Of a stretch of 64,000 nucleotides of DNA, positions 13,783-26,741 are shown in pieces (positions within the stretch are counted from its first letter, which is position 1; each line of letters begins with the position of its first letter). The notes below the pieces were generated by a model. That model was not told the origin of the DNA, did no database searches, and saw only the letters and a program-made list of their open reading frames with translations. The translations under genes were made by a program, and so were the position numbers. Source of the stretch: Octopus sinensis (Eukaryota). The DNA lies in contig NC_042998.1 of the NCBI RefSeq assembly GCF_006345805.1, positions 189,844,001 through 189,908,000 of the forward strand, in the 5' to 3' direction.

Positions 13783-14136
13783 AACAGTTATCACCAAGCT
13801 AATATGGCAGTCCATAAATATAAGACTAAAGCTGCCGTTGATTAGCTCCAAGAGGCCATCGCCTCTAGCTAGCTATATGACACACGAACCTGTGTCCATT
13901 ATAACCTTCGAAAAGGGTCTGGCTATTCTGCATTGATAAAGGACAAATACTCTGAAACATGTCTGCAGATGCCTGACCAGCAAGGGGAAGCGGCTGAATT
14001 TCCCTATTCGAAGGTTATAATGGACACAGGTTCGTGTGTCATATAGCTAGCTAGAGGCGATGGCCTCTTGGAGTTAATCAACAGCAGCTTTAGTCTTATA
14101 TTTATGGACTGCCATATTAGCTTGGCGATAACTGTT
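13783..14136. repeat. Foldback element: 135-bp inverted arms, 84-bp spacer
   Basis: 13783-13917 is the reverse complement of 14002-14136 with about 4 mismatches. Confidence 0.92.
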
Positions 14137-14197
14137 AATTTCCAGTACTCCTTTAGAGAGACTTAAACATTTTAATATTTCTATAAATAAACAATTC

Positions 14198-14425
14198 CTC
14201 ACACTAAACATTTGTTTCAAATTTTAGGACAAGGCCAGCAATTTCAGAGAAGGGGCTAAGTCGATTATGTCGATTCTGAGCTCTATCAGTACTTCTTTTT
14301 TGTCGATTCCACAAGGATGAAAGGTATAGTGGACCAGTTGGCATTTGAATCCAGAACGTAAAGACGGACGGAACGCCGCTTAGCATTTTGCTTGGCGTGC
14401 TAACGATTCTGCCAGCTCGCCGCCT
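14198..14425 (-). mobile_element. tRNA-derived SINE, family S1 (short-tail variant)
   Basis: Reverse complement reads ggcggcgagctggcagaatcgttagcacgcc...; matches other S1 copies. Confidence 0.85.
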
Positions 14426-14599
14426 TCCTCACACTAAGTATTCTTTTTTCTCAGTACAACCCTATAAACGTATAGTTTGGCAATGTACTCTGAGTTTCAC
14501 TCCATGCCCGGCTGTTTATACTGTCATCAACAGACTGGTCTGAGGTGGAGTAGAGTGTCATTTTAATATACTTTACAACTCTTACTTTACCATGCCTAC

Positions 14600-14616
14600 A
14601 TCCATACATACATACA

Positions 14617-14650
<34 letters not shown>

Positions 14651-15103
14651 CATACATGCATACATACATACATACATACATACATGCATACATGCATACG
14701 TACATACATACATACATACATACATGCATGCATACATACATACATACATACATGCATACATACATACATACATACATGCATACATGCATAGTACATACAT
14801 ACATACATACATGCATACATACATACATACATACATACATACATACATGCATGCATACATACATACATACATACATACATACATACATGCATACATACAT
14901 GCATGCATACATACATGCATACATACATACATACATACATACATACATACATACATACATACATGCATACGTACATACATACATACATGCATGCATACAT
15001 ACATACATACATACATGCATACATACATGCATACATACATACATACATACATACATTCATACATACATACATACATACATACATACATACATACATACAT
15101 ACA

Positions 15104-15135
<32 letters not shown>
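14600..15135. repeat. Long (ATAC)n array with ATGC variant units
   Basis: Direct reading; source of the HTYI/MYVC ORFs. Confidence 0.95.
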
Positions 15136-15136
<1 letters not shown>

Positions 15137-15933
15137 GTGTGTCTGTGTTGTGTGCGCATGTATGCGAGTATGTGTGTGTGTGTACGTGTCTGTTTACTGT
15201 AACTTGGGAAAATATTTTGACAGCATGAAACATTCAAACTGGTTCCATTTCACTCTAAAATTTCAGAGTCCATATATACATACGTACATACATACAAACA
15301 CATATACATATATATTTGTAGGGTAATATATGGAGTCATAAAATCGTATGGCTATCACAGAAAGCTCCTCTGGCGCACTCGGTTAGCAGACCACATAGTA
15401 ATCCAATACAAAGGAATGTAATACTGAGTACTGTGTGGAGTAGGTCTGGAGTAATGAGTGTGTTTCGTTGATGAGATGACGAAGAAATATTCAGCTGATT
15501 AATTCATCAAACAATCAATTATATTATTGGTAAATTAGTTAGTTGCTTGATTAATAAGAAAAAGAAGTGAAATAGAATCAGTGTTTTTCGTCTAGGCTAT
15601 GTGACCCTCTCAAGATGCAACAACATCTATTTCAACACGCAATTGCACAACAAGTGTCTTGAGAAACAATTATGATACATACACACGCGTGCAAATAGAT
15701 ACATAGACACACACACACACACAAACATACAGACAAACCGACAGACAGACAGACAGACACACACACACACACAAACATACAGACAAACCGACAGACAGAC
15801 AGACAGACACACACACACACACATAAACACACATGTGTATAGAAGTACACCTAAATATGTATATTTAAATAGGCATGTGTGTTTGCATTTACATTGTTGT
15901 ACCTATGTTCATTTATATATAAAATCTTTACAC

Positions 15934-16377
15934 AGGTGCAGCATGGTTGTGTGGTAAGAAGCTTGCTTCCCAACCACATGGCTTCGGGTTCAGTCCCACT
16001 GCGTGGTACCTTGGGCCAGTGTCTTCTACTATAGCTTCGGCCCGACCAAAGCCTTGTTAGTGGATTTGGTAAACAGAAACTGAAAGAAGCCCGTCGTATG
16101 TATGTATGTATGTATGTATGTATGTATGTATGTATGTATGTATGTATGTATGTATGTATGTGTGTGTGTATATTTGTGTGTGTGTATATTTGTATGTGTG
16201 TCTGTTTGCCTCCCCCATCACTTGACAACCGATGTTGGTGTGTTTACATCCCCGTAAATTAGCGGTTCTGCAAAAGATCGATAGAATAAGTACAAGCTTA
16301 CAAAGAATAAATCCTGGGGAACATTTGTTCGACTAAAAGCAGTGCTCCAGCATGTCCACTGAAACAAGTAAAAGAGT
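15934..16377 (+). mobile_element. tRNA-derived SINE, family S4
   Basis: Head tggttgtgtggtaag...ggttcagtcc, internal (ATGT)n, tail gcagtgctccagcatg...ctgaaacaagtaaaag. Confidence 0.9.
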
Positions 16378-16579
16378 ATATCTGAGTACATATATATATA
16401 TATGCGCGTGTGTGATGTGTGCATGGATGTGTATGTATATATGAGCGTGTATCTATATATACATGTGTGTTTGTGTGTATGTGTGTCTATTTGTGTGCTA
16501 ATGTTCGTGTCCGTGTGGGGCCTGTATTTATAATAATGGGTATAAGAGTATACAGCTGTTTAAGTGTGGTCTATGCCTT

Positions 16580-16790
16580 TTCGTACATGTTTGAAACCGA
16601 AATCTCAGTTTACCGCGGAGCTATCGTCTCACTATTGCCGTATTGTGTGAAGCACTGATATTATATAGAAAACATTTTACACAGTTAAATACTTTCCAGA
16701 AGTGAATAATGTTTTGATTTCACCACAATTCATTGAGAAAGTATTTTGAGGCATAGTTAGAACATGTGATTAAATTAAGATCCATAAGCT
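16580..16790 (+). mobile_element. RTE-clade LINE relic
   Basis: Reads FETEISVYRGAIVSLLPY, resembling the RTE TKISVY...LLYG motif; inverted relative to 17625-17700. Confidence 0.6.
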
Positions 16791-17199
16791 TTTTTGTGTG
16801 GTCTTTTGATGTTTTTTCCCTGTCTGAGAATTATTGTTGTTCGAAACTATCTCGGATCTCCTTGATTTCAGCTACACAGTACTCCGCATTACATCCTTTT
16901 GTATTGGATTATTATGTGGTCCGCTAACCGAGTGCACCAGAGGAGTTTTCTGTGATAGCCATACGATTTTATGAATCCATATATTACCCTACAAATATAT
17001 ATGTATATGTGTATGTATCTACATATGTATGTATGGATGTCCGTATGTATATATAATGGACTCTCTTGTCGTGTCCGACACATGAAAGCCAAAGAATTTT
17101 ACTTTTCTTTTATTACTCTACATTTTAGCGTTTGTGTCTTCTATGAGGCACTACACCTGCTTTGTTCTCGCAAAGAAGACCACATCCTTCACGCATAAA

Positions 17200-18770
17200 T
17201 GTTGAAAGAAAACTTCATTCTTTTAACCTTGCCTTTGATCACCTAGGCGCTTAATGCTTGCGTAGATACGTCTCCTGATTGCATTTTCACAGATTTCCCT
17301 CCATTTATTACGGCCAGCAACACATTCTTCAAATTCTGATGTTTTTATTCAAATATGGTTGACATTATTCTTCAGCTTATCCTTATATCTAAGAAGAGGT
17401 CTTCTTACATTCTGTACACTCGCCTGAAGTTCGCTGTAAGCCAGAATTTTCTCAGTCTCTCATCCTTCATCCTAGAAACATGGTCAGCTCATCGTAATTG
17501 AAACTGCACGAATGAAGAAGGATACTTTACTTTGTATATCACATTTATGAAACAACTGTTCATTAGAGACTTTGTCCTTCTATGTGAAACCGCAGATGTT
17601 TCTAAAACATCTCTTCTGGAAAGTATGTCCATGATTCACACCATACGGCAATGGTGAGACGACAGTTCTGTGCTAAACTGAGATTTCGGTTTCAAACTTC
17701 ATCAGCTCTCATTTCACATCGTTGCTCGCTGTTTTCCAAAAGCATTATTAACCTTGACAATTCAGTCTACTATTTCATCATACAAAGAAGGGCTCTAACT
17801 GATTTTACTCCCTAAGTATTGGAAGGATTTTATATACTTTAGAGGCTTGTTGTCTACAAGAATTTGACGTGATAGTGCACTATATTGAGGCCTAGGTAGT
17901 GTCATGCCACTTATTTAGGTATGTGTTTTAGTTTTAGCTGGTGTATGACTTCTGTCATTTCACACTTATTGTCAAACGCTTTGCCGCTGAAAGAAACAGT
18001 CTCAAGACTTCTTATGCTTCCTGGAAAGACTTAGCTTCTAGACCTGCATCATCTGTAAACATTTTTCTCCTAGTAAGGGCCCTCACCTTAAATTTTTGGT
18101 GGTTGAAGATGCCACCTGATGTTCTAAATTCAAACAAAACACCACTAATCAAATTTTTCAAAGCATATTCTAGCATAAGAGAAACTTAAATAGCAAACAA
18201 ACTGAGACCTCTAGGCAACCTTGTTTCGTACCATTCCTTACACGAAAATGATTTGATGAAGAATCATCTGACTTAACAGAAGCCTCTATCTTTTCATGGA
18301 AGGATGTTAGAACACTGAACATCTTATTAGGAAAGTCAGTCTTCTTCAGGATTAATTACAATGCAGGTTGACGGAGTTAAAAGCCTTTGATAAACAAACA
18401 AAGACTATAAATAATTCACTTCTCTTCTCACATACATTCTCTGCAATCTGTTGCAATCAGTACATCACAGTTATTGTTCTTCCCCAAGCCCTAAAGCCAC
18501 ACTGTGGTTTAGGAAAAGCAGGATCTACCAGGTCAATTTTTATTCTGTAGAGGACTCGATCAAGTATCTTGTTCGCCACAATGATATACTCCGATGGTTG
18601 CCGCACAATTCTTTTTTCTATTTTTTGTTTAAATAGATCAGTTTCCTCAGGAAACTTATAATTCCTCGAAATCAAAACGAACGAATCTAAAAGATAATTC
18701 ATAAGTACATCACCTCCATATTTGTACACCACGGCTGCTATTGCATCATTGTCATCAGAGGATTTACAAG
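17200..18770 (-). mobile_element. Ancient RTE-clade LINE (RT through C-terminus), heavily degraded
   Basis: Remnant motifs VYKYGGD, PQCGFR, LSKAF, QYLGS, HVSRMKDERL and RPLLRYKDKLK occur in RTE order. Confidence 0.8.
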
Positions 18771-18879
18771 ACGGTATTTGTTTTTAGCAATTTTAACATC
18801 TACATATGTTGGTTCAAAGTCAATATTTTCGGCCTTAAAAGAATAGTGTATATGTATATGTACACAACGGCGCGTGCGC

Positions 18880-18880
18880 A

Positions 18881-18951
<71 letters not shown>

Positions 18952-19023
18952 ACATATATATATATATACATATATATATATACATATACATATACATATA
19001 TATAATATATATATACATATATA

Positions 19024-19113
<90 letters not shown>

Positions 19114-19125
19114 TATATATATTTA
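18880..19125. repeat. (TA)n microsatellite
   Basis: Direct reading. Confidence 0.95.
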
Positions 19126-19164
19126 TAAATAAATATCCTTGCCATGTGTCAGGTACACGGCGGA

Positions 19165-19538
19165 GTAAGTTAAGTTAATTTTTGGGCTCAAAAAGCAAAA
19201 AGCAAGGCCATGTAGGGGGACATGGAGTTATGTACAGGGAGGGTGTTCATGCAAAGAGTTCAGGCCATTTCTGGTCAAGAGAGACTTTGAACCGAGCGGT
19301 CGTCGGCATCTTCACTATCTCGTCCGGCAGCTTATTCCACGGATCCGCAACCCGGACGGAGAAAGCCCCTCTCCTTCGATTGAGATGAAATCGTCGTAGA
19401 TAGAGCTTTTCGGAGTGACCCCGCAGCCGACGCTCTGGAGCAGGAGTGAAGAACAGCTCTTTCGAGAAGTTACACTTTCCGCTTATGATGTTGTGAGCAA
19501 GAATGAGATCACCACGGCGACGTCGTTTTTCTAGAGAA
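19165..19538 (-). mobile_element. CR1-group LINE 3' end, same family as 2335-2918
   Basis: Reverse complement aligns to ~2548-2918 at roughly 90 percent by eye, with a (TTAAC)-type tail. Confidence 0.9.
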
Positions 19539-19850
19539 TTTATAAGTATTTCTAGAGAATTTCTAGAGTAATTTATAAGTATTTAGAAAAGGAAGTATAA
19601 TAATTTCTATTTATAGTATCTTATGGGAAGACACATGTAGGATAAGGTTTCATCACATATAGATATGTTTGAAATACTGAAACAAATTCTGGACAAGCCC
19701 GATAAGAACTTTTGTTTTGTTTCAAGAACGATCTGAAAGAAAACGTGCCGGAAGTCATTTTACAGGAATCCTTAGATTCGCATGCGCTTTAATAAGTTCG
19801 CAAATGGATGTATTTGTTTGCTGGAACTCTCCACTGCTGATGGAGTGATA

Positions 19851-20082
19851 GACGGCGAGTTGGCAGAAACGTTAGCACGCCGGGCGAAATGCATAGCCGT
19901 ATTTCATCTGCCGTTACGTTCTTAATTCAAATTCCGCCGAGGTTGACTTTGCCTTTCATCTTTTCGGGGTCGATTAAATAAGTACCAGTTACGCACTGGG
20001 TCGATATAATCGACTTAATCCGTGTGTCTGTCCTTGTTCGTTCTCTCTGTGTTTAGCCCCTTGTGGGTAGTAACGAAATAGG
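19851..20082 (+). mobile_element. tRNA-derived SINE, family S1 (long tail) with 10-bp TSD
   Basis: A/B-box head; TSD ggagtgatag at 19842-19851 and 20081-20090. Confidence 0.92.
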
Positions 20083-20637
20083 AGTGATAGCGGCACCATC
20101 ATGGCATTTTGTACACCAGTCTTCTGCAGCTTTTACAATTGCCTTACATAAGTTATGACATTGTTGAACAGGCAGAAAGGGAAGTCGACATAGTCAGTCA
20201 TAGTCAGTGTGGAAAAATTCATGACAAATGCAATCATTGTCATAACAATGAACATCTATGTACAAGGACAGACAGAGCAAGAGCTTCACAGACAAAGATT
20301 GCAGTAACCAAATCAAAATCAATATGACAGGCAGAAACAACAATGCATTGTTATTCCTCAACTTCTTGAACGCACACGAGACATAAACTCTCACTCAAGC
20401 GATGAAGAGAACGATATAAGTATTAGAAGATCATCTCATATTCGGACCATACGACAAAAAAGTAGGTCTGCAAGACTAGTCGACATTACATTAGTCTCAC
20501 AAAGAGTTTTCATAAAAATATACATACATGCATACATACATACATACATACATACATACATACATACATACATACATACATACACACATACACACACATA
20601 CACACAGTCATACATACACACAAGCATACATACACAC

Positions 20638-20721
<84 letters not shown>

Positions 20722-20723
<2 letters not shown>

Positions 20724-20940
20724 GGAAAAAAGTCAAGATAGAAGATGCTAAAATAATTTTCTAAAAACCATTTCAGTACCGGTTTCAGACATTGAGACTT
20801 TTCCAACTGTAAGAATTAAACAATTAAATTTAGAAAAATTAAAAGAAATTTTTTTTTAAAGAATATTTGTATAGTGTTCAAATACAAGTGTCATTTTCCT
20901 TGTTTCTGCCTATCTCTGTCTCTCTTGTTTACTCTTATAC
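20722..20940 (+). repeat. Unclassified ~220-bp interspersed repeat abutting (TA)n
   Basis: A reverse-complement copy lies at 30600-30825. Confidence 0.8.
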
Positions 20941-23714
20941 ACAAATGTATGTATGTATAAATAAATCATTGAGATGAAGCAGGATTTAGAACAGCGGGAC
21001 GTACGAGACAAGCATTTGAAGTTTACATGTTAAAGTGTTACGTGGCTGTGTTACTGGGTCAAAAGCTAGATTGCAATGACTAAGGAGCGCCAAAACGCGT
21101 TCATATTCTAGTATGGTTTTAGTCGGGATTCTTAATGTATAAATTAGAAGAAAAAAAAAACTAAGACTGTATACAAAATAGAAAATGCATCTAGTTTTTA
21201 CAGTCGAATGAAAGGCACCTCTGTTTACATATTTTCAAGCAAAATATCCAAGATAAAACAAAGCGTGAAAACTATGCAATAATAGACGTTGAATTCAATG
21301 TTGTAAAATATTAAGCCTTCTTCATTCGGAACTGGAATAGTACAGCAAAATGAAGTGCACGGTTAAATGTAGAGTGAATTCAATCAACGGTACATATTTG
21401 AGCTTCAATGTTTTAAATACACATAAGATGAGATTATGTCAACAGCATAATTAGTTTAAAATTAGCGAAATGTAGACAACATACAAACAATATTTGCACA
21501 CGGAAACAATGCAATTAAAATTAAACCTATTATAAATGGGATACAGTATTGTTTTCAACAGTAAGCGCACATACGCAGACATAAACACTGAACTATGGTA
21601 CAGTTTATTATTATGGGTTGTATAAAATTATATTTACAAATCCGGAAATTAATCCGCGGGATTTCTGCATTTGTCTTACTATCAGTAATAATTTCTTTTG
21701 TTTAGTTACAGTGTTCGTGGAGTGAAGAAGTATTGTAGCATGCAGCAAATACATTCTTAAGTATCTAGATAAACACATCAAGTAATATCTATTTAAGAAT
21801 TAAAAGTTTCAAATAAGAGAACAAAACCAAATTCATCCTGACATATTAACGATAAAACAGTTGATTCTTTGGCAACACAGACGACGAGAAACTTCAAATG
21901 TAAAACCTTACTGCATCCTGGTAATATACTTAGCGTCTAATTTCTAAAATTTATTCTAGAGCACTTGTACAACTAGTTGAGTCTCCAGGGAAATCAAAAC
22001 GCTTGCAGTTTGCTAGCAAATTTCCAGATATGTTTATATGGATGGAACAATTTAACTATCTGAATTTAACAGCATGAAAAATATTTTCGTTCTTAAAATA
22101 ATCCAAGAAAATATTTGTTTTATCTTAATACTGACATTTATCTATGATTAAAAATGTTACTTTATATAATTGATGTTCGAATTTGAAGGAAAAAATGTTT
22201 TAAAATGTTGAATAGTTGCACTCTCCAAAGTGTTTTTAATACATATTTATTCAAAAGTTAATTAAATAATTAAAAGAAAATATTACAAACAACTCTATGC
22301 ACAAATATATACAATCATCAGTCCTTGCATCTACAGCAAACTATATACTAAATTTTTCTTATATGCTTTATTTCTATATTGGTTCCGTTAAGATTGCCGA
22401 CGAATTACTGAAATAAATCCCAGTTCAACAAGTATATTTTATTTAAAGAAATCTAATTCTAAGACGTTCAGTTATATTTGTGGCATATTTTTGTTTTCCA
22501 TATTATTGGAAGTTTTGTATTCACATATCCTATGCATTTTAGCAATTACATCTTTTACTATACCAAATATCCATTTGTTATTCGATATGTTGTGAAATAC
22601 TTCTGACATTTTCTGACTTTTATTTTTCTACATGTTTATCGACAAATCTATGTATAGATTTTTGGAGCTTATCACAGGCATATTTATATGTATTTTATAT
22701 TAGCATCCATATATTACTTTCATCAGATTGATTTGTATATTAAAAAGATTTTCTAAAAGGATTTTCTGATTTACTTGTGATAATCAATTACTTTCAAAGT
22801 TCTAAAAGAAAAGAAAGGTTAACTACTTTTTAATAATATAACAAGTGATTGACAGACCGGTTTCGATTCTCTCTTGACTCCACTACATCATTAATAAAAT
22901 ATAATAAATATAGCAGAATTTCTTGTCTATAAATATGAGACTTTGGGTCTTGTCAAAAGAAGTCAAAATTATGGAAAACAGACAAACCATAAATCAAAAG
23001 TAATGATATAACAATTTTATAACAGAAGTAATTCAATGTAAACTGTATTCTTTTTTGTTTGCATTGTCGTGGATTTATTTTCTACTGACAAGCATAAATC
23101 TACCCAGCTATAAATATTTTATTTTTCATATTTATTAGTATCACTTATGTTCAGTAGTTTTGGATCTATTTAGGAAAACAGTTTTATACACGTTCAGTGG
23201 ACAGCGAGTTGTCGACCAAAACGCCTTGCGGTATTTAGTTGCTTACTTTTATGCTCTGAGTTCCAATCCCGGACAGATATAACCCGCTATATTACACAGT
23301 TTACACATTTATGGTTTTATTAGAAATCATTATTCATGCTTACAGCAGTAAGGAGGCAAAGAGAGGACTAGCAGATTATTCTCAATTTTGAGTACACATC
23401 TATCGCTGAGCCATTTGTTTCTCAGGAAGCAACAAATATCAGAGTGAATACTATCGTCAATTCTAGGATTTTTATTAACATTTGTGAAAAATTATCTTGA
23501 AAACATTTTAATCGCGGTCCTAATCAGATCGAATAAATTGGCTGAATTGTTTGAGTGTTGGACAGAATGTCTTTTGGTAATTTGTTACGGTCCTTTACGA
23601 TCTGAATTTAAAGGAGATCAAATTCTCCCGTTATTACTCCAGGATCATTCAAGAAAGCCCCAGTCAAGTACTAAGATCAATGTATATTCATATGATGTCT
23701 TAATGATGCTGAGA

Positions 23715-24031
23715 CCCCCCTTCGGAATGACTGATCATGGGATTGTATCTAGAAAGTTACCCTCCCAGGCACCAGTCCGAGCAAAGTTGTTTATGGAAGA
23801 CCAGCAGTCGCCCATGCATACCAGCTCCCCTCTCCACGCCACCGATGTTATCCAAGGGAAAGGCAAAGGGCCGATACAGCCTGGCATCAGTGACGTCGCA
23901 ACTCATTTCTACAGCTGAGTGAACTGGAGCAACGTCAAATAAAGTGTCTTGCCCAAGAACACAACATGCAGCCCGGTTCGGGATTCGAACTCACAACCTC
24001 GCGATCATGACCACTGAGCCATGCGCCTTCA
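23715..24031 (-). mobile_element. CORE-type tRNA SINE
   Basis: Reverse complement has a tRNA head then ttgggcaagacactttattt...ccagttcactcagctgtagaaatgag, resembling the CORE domain. Confidence 0.8.
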
Positions 24032-24844
24032 TATGTCTTAATACGCGCATAATAAAAGAGCAATAGACAAATTTTGGTCTAAAAATGCGTTAAAACAATG
24101 AAAGAAAACTGTGTTAATGTAAGCTATCGAAGGAAACTGAAAGATTTTTCTTATATGGAGTATATACATATATATAGAAAAAATAGTTTCCCTCTAGACA
24201 GTAACATGTGCGTAAAATGTAAACACTGCAATGTTTCTATACGAAAACTGCAAACACGTGAGTAAAATTTTTAAATTTAAAATTTTAATTACATATACAT
24301 CCATTTTTATACAAGACCTCTCTCTACATATATGCATATTGCTATTTTCTTTTCGGTCTCTCGCTGATACATCAATGATAATTATAATTACGAAAGAGAC
24401 ATGAATACATGTTCATGGGCGGTGTTCAGTTAAAAAAGTAAACGCTGTAAAAACGAACCCATAACAAAACTAACAAAAAGAGAAAGAACGGTGGAGAGAT
24501 AACCATAAATACTATGAAATAGTTGGTTTATGATTTACACACTCTACAATGCAGCACTCTTCCAGAAACATACAGGAATAAACTCATACCGGAAATAACG
24601 AACAAAATGAACAAAGCTGATAACATGTACCATAGAAGGTCAATACCCGACAGAAGGAGACCCTGCGCTGCACAAACGCACAAAAAAAACTAACACAACA
24701 GAAGACTCAAACCAAACCCCATAAAACATATTAATACAATACAATATCCCCCACAAAAAAGGCAGCACATCACCATACCAGCACAAAGGTGCAACAAATG
24801 ATGCAATGGAAAGTTGCTTGAACTAACAAATGTAAAAAAATATT

Positions 24845-25206
24845 AGTAATACTTTCCTCTTTTGATTTGCATAGCCTACATTGGGAATCTACTTGTTTTA
24901 TTTTTGTCTATTTTGGTATTTTGGCTTTTATCCAATTATTCCTTAATGCTTGATCTTGTTTCCTAACTTGTTCAGTTTCCAGTCTTCTATTTTACTCAGA
25001 TCTTATCTTAAAGTCTTCACTATATTTTGTAGTCTCCTTTTCCACATTTGTTCTTTTTTAATCTTTCTCTGTGAGATATCTATCTTCTAGTGACTACTTG
25101 CCCTCCTGCATAGATCAGTAATTTGGTGTCTCCTATAGTTTTAGTGTCTATCCTACTGATAACAGAATTTACTTTCCTAGTCATTTCTAGCAGCTTCCCT
25201 CTGTTG
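24845..25206 (-). mobile_element. Inverted duplicate of an internal segment (25790-26150) of the adjacent RLE element
   Basis: About 360 bp reverse-complement match, roughly 90-95 percent by eye. Confidence 0.9.
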
Positions 25207-26660
25207 GTGCCGCACGTTACGCCACCTCAGTTTATGAGAAACAGGAGTTTTCGAAGAAATTCTGATTGTAATAGCGAAAATGAAGCTGGGCCTTTAAGAG
25301 AAGGCCTCTCGCTCGGCAATGGTTATCCTAATACAGCATCAGAAGATAGCAGAGTAAGGAGGAGGAAGTGGACCAGCGAAGAAAACAGGATAGTGATGTG
25401 CTATTTAGAAAATGAATCTAAAAGAACGGGCTATAGAAAATGGATGTTAACACTTTGGGTAGAGAAGGGTATGTTTAAAGTTACTGAGCAGACATTAGAA
25501 GATCAAGCTAATGCTTTTTGGAGAAGAAAGTGGATGATAGAATTGGAGGTAGAAGAGATCCGAAAAGAACGGAAAAAGAAAGACCAGGCAGTAGGAAATT
25601 CAAGCGACAACATAAGAGATACAGCTCAGACCAAAGAAGAACCTAAAGGAAAAAAAATGTTAACAGTGCTTCCAATAAGAAAGGGACAACTGGCTCCAGT
25701 GACAAAGTGAGGACAACCAGAAGATTTTAGATGAGTTGCAGGAAGTAATGAGTAAAGAAGTAAGAAAGAGATTGCCAGCATTAAAAGACATCAACAGAGG
25801 GAAGCTGCTAGAAATGACTAGGAAAGTAAATTCTGTTATTAGTAGGATAGATACTAAAAATATAGGAGACACTAACTTATTGATCTATGCAGGAGGGGCA
25901 AGTAGTCACTAGAAGATTAGATATCTCACAGAGAAAGATTAAAAAAGAGCAAATGTGGAAAAAGAGACTACAAAATAAAGTGAAGACTTTAAGATAAGAT
26001 GTGAGTAAAATAGAAGCCTGGAAACTGAACAAGTTAGGAAACAAGATCAAGCAGTAAGGACTTATTGGATAAAAGCCAAAATACTGGAATAGACAAAAAA
26101 ACAAGTAGATTCCAATGTAGGCTATGCAAATCAAAAGAGCAAAGTATTACTCATATAGTAAGTGAATGTAGCATAATGGCACAGAAAGAATACAAGAAAA
26201 GACATGGCAACCTAGGGAGAGTAAACCACTGGGGGTAATGTAGAAAACTAGGATTTGACCATACTGATAAATGGTATGAACATGAACCTAGTAAAGTACA
26301 AGAAAGCAAGAAACGTAAGATGTAGGGGGACTTCAACAGTCAAACGGATAGAGTAATAAAAGCTAGAAAGCCTGATTTAGTAGAAGTAAACAAAGAGAAT
26401 AAGAAGTGCCATGTAATTGCCTTTAGAGTCTCAAACGAGGAAAAAGTTAATGAGCGGTATAGAGAAAATAACAAAGTACCAGGACCTTGCTATTGAGTTA
26501 CAGAGACTATGGAAAGTGTAGGTAAAATGTATCCCTGTAGTTGTAGATTTGAACATTTAGTTAGAAGAAATAGGCATAAAATCTAGTTTAGTACAGCTCC
26601 TGAAAACAGTATCGTTAGGGACAACTAAAATTCTTAGGAGGGTTCTTGGCATATAAGATT
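25207..26660 (+). mobile_element. R4/Dong-like RLE element lacking the RT domain (N-terminal region fused to Zn-knuckle/RLE region)
   Basis: N-terminal RRKWTSEEN...GYRK...TEQTLEDQ...ELEVEEI runs via KLGN directly into QDQA...CRLC...ITHIVSEC...RH and a KPDLV endonuclease motif. Confidence 0.8.
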
Positions 26661-26741
26661 TCTTGTTAGGATTTTTTTTTTCAACAGTTTACTCAGTTGT
26701 ATATAAAATAATAATAATAATAATAAGAAGAAGAAGATTAA

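Noticed and set aside
14600-15830. Regularly spaced repeats superficially resembling a CRISPR array, including the ~60-bp tandem unit at 15710-15830
   Set aside because: No unique spacers or cas genes; eukaryotic microsatellite slippage explains them.
17409-17471. Apparent 63-nt coding exon MKDERLRKFWLTANFRRVYR
   Set aside because: It lies inside the RTE relic (HVSRMKDERL...RPLLRYKDKLK), so it was removed from the gene model; kept only as a possible exonisation.
20100-20480. Possible Gypsy integrase C-terminal relic (RRSSHIRT)
   Set aside because: A single short motif with stops; insufficient to call.
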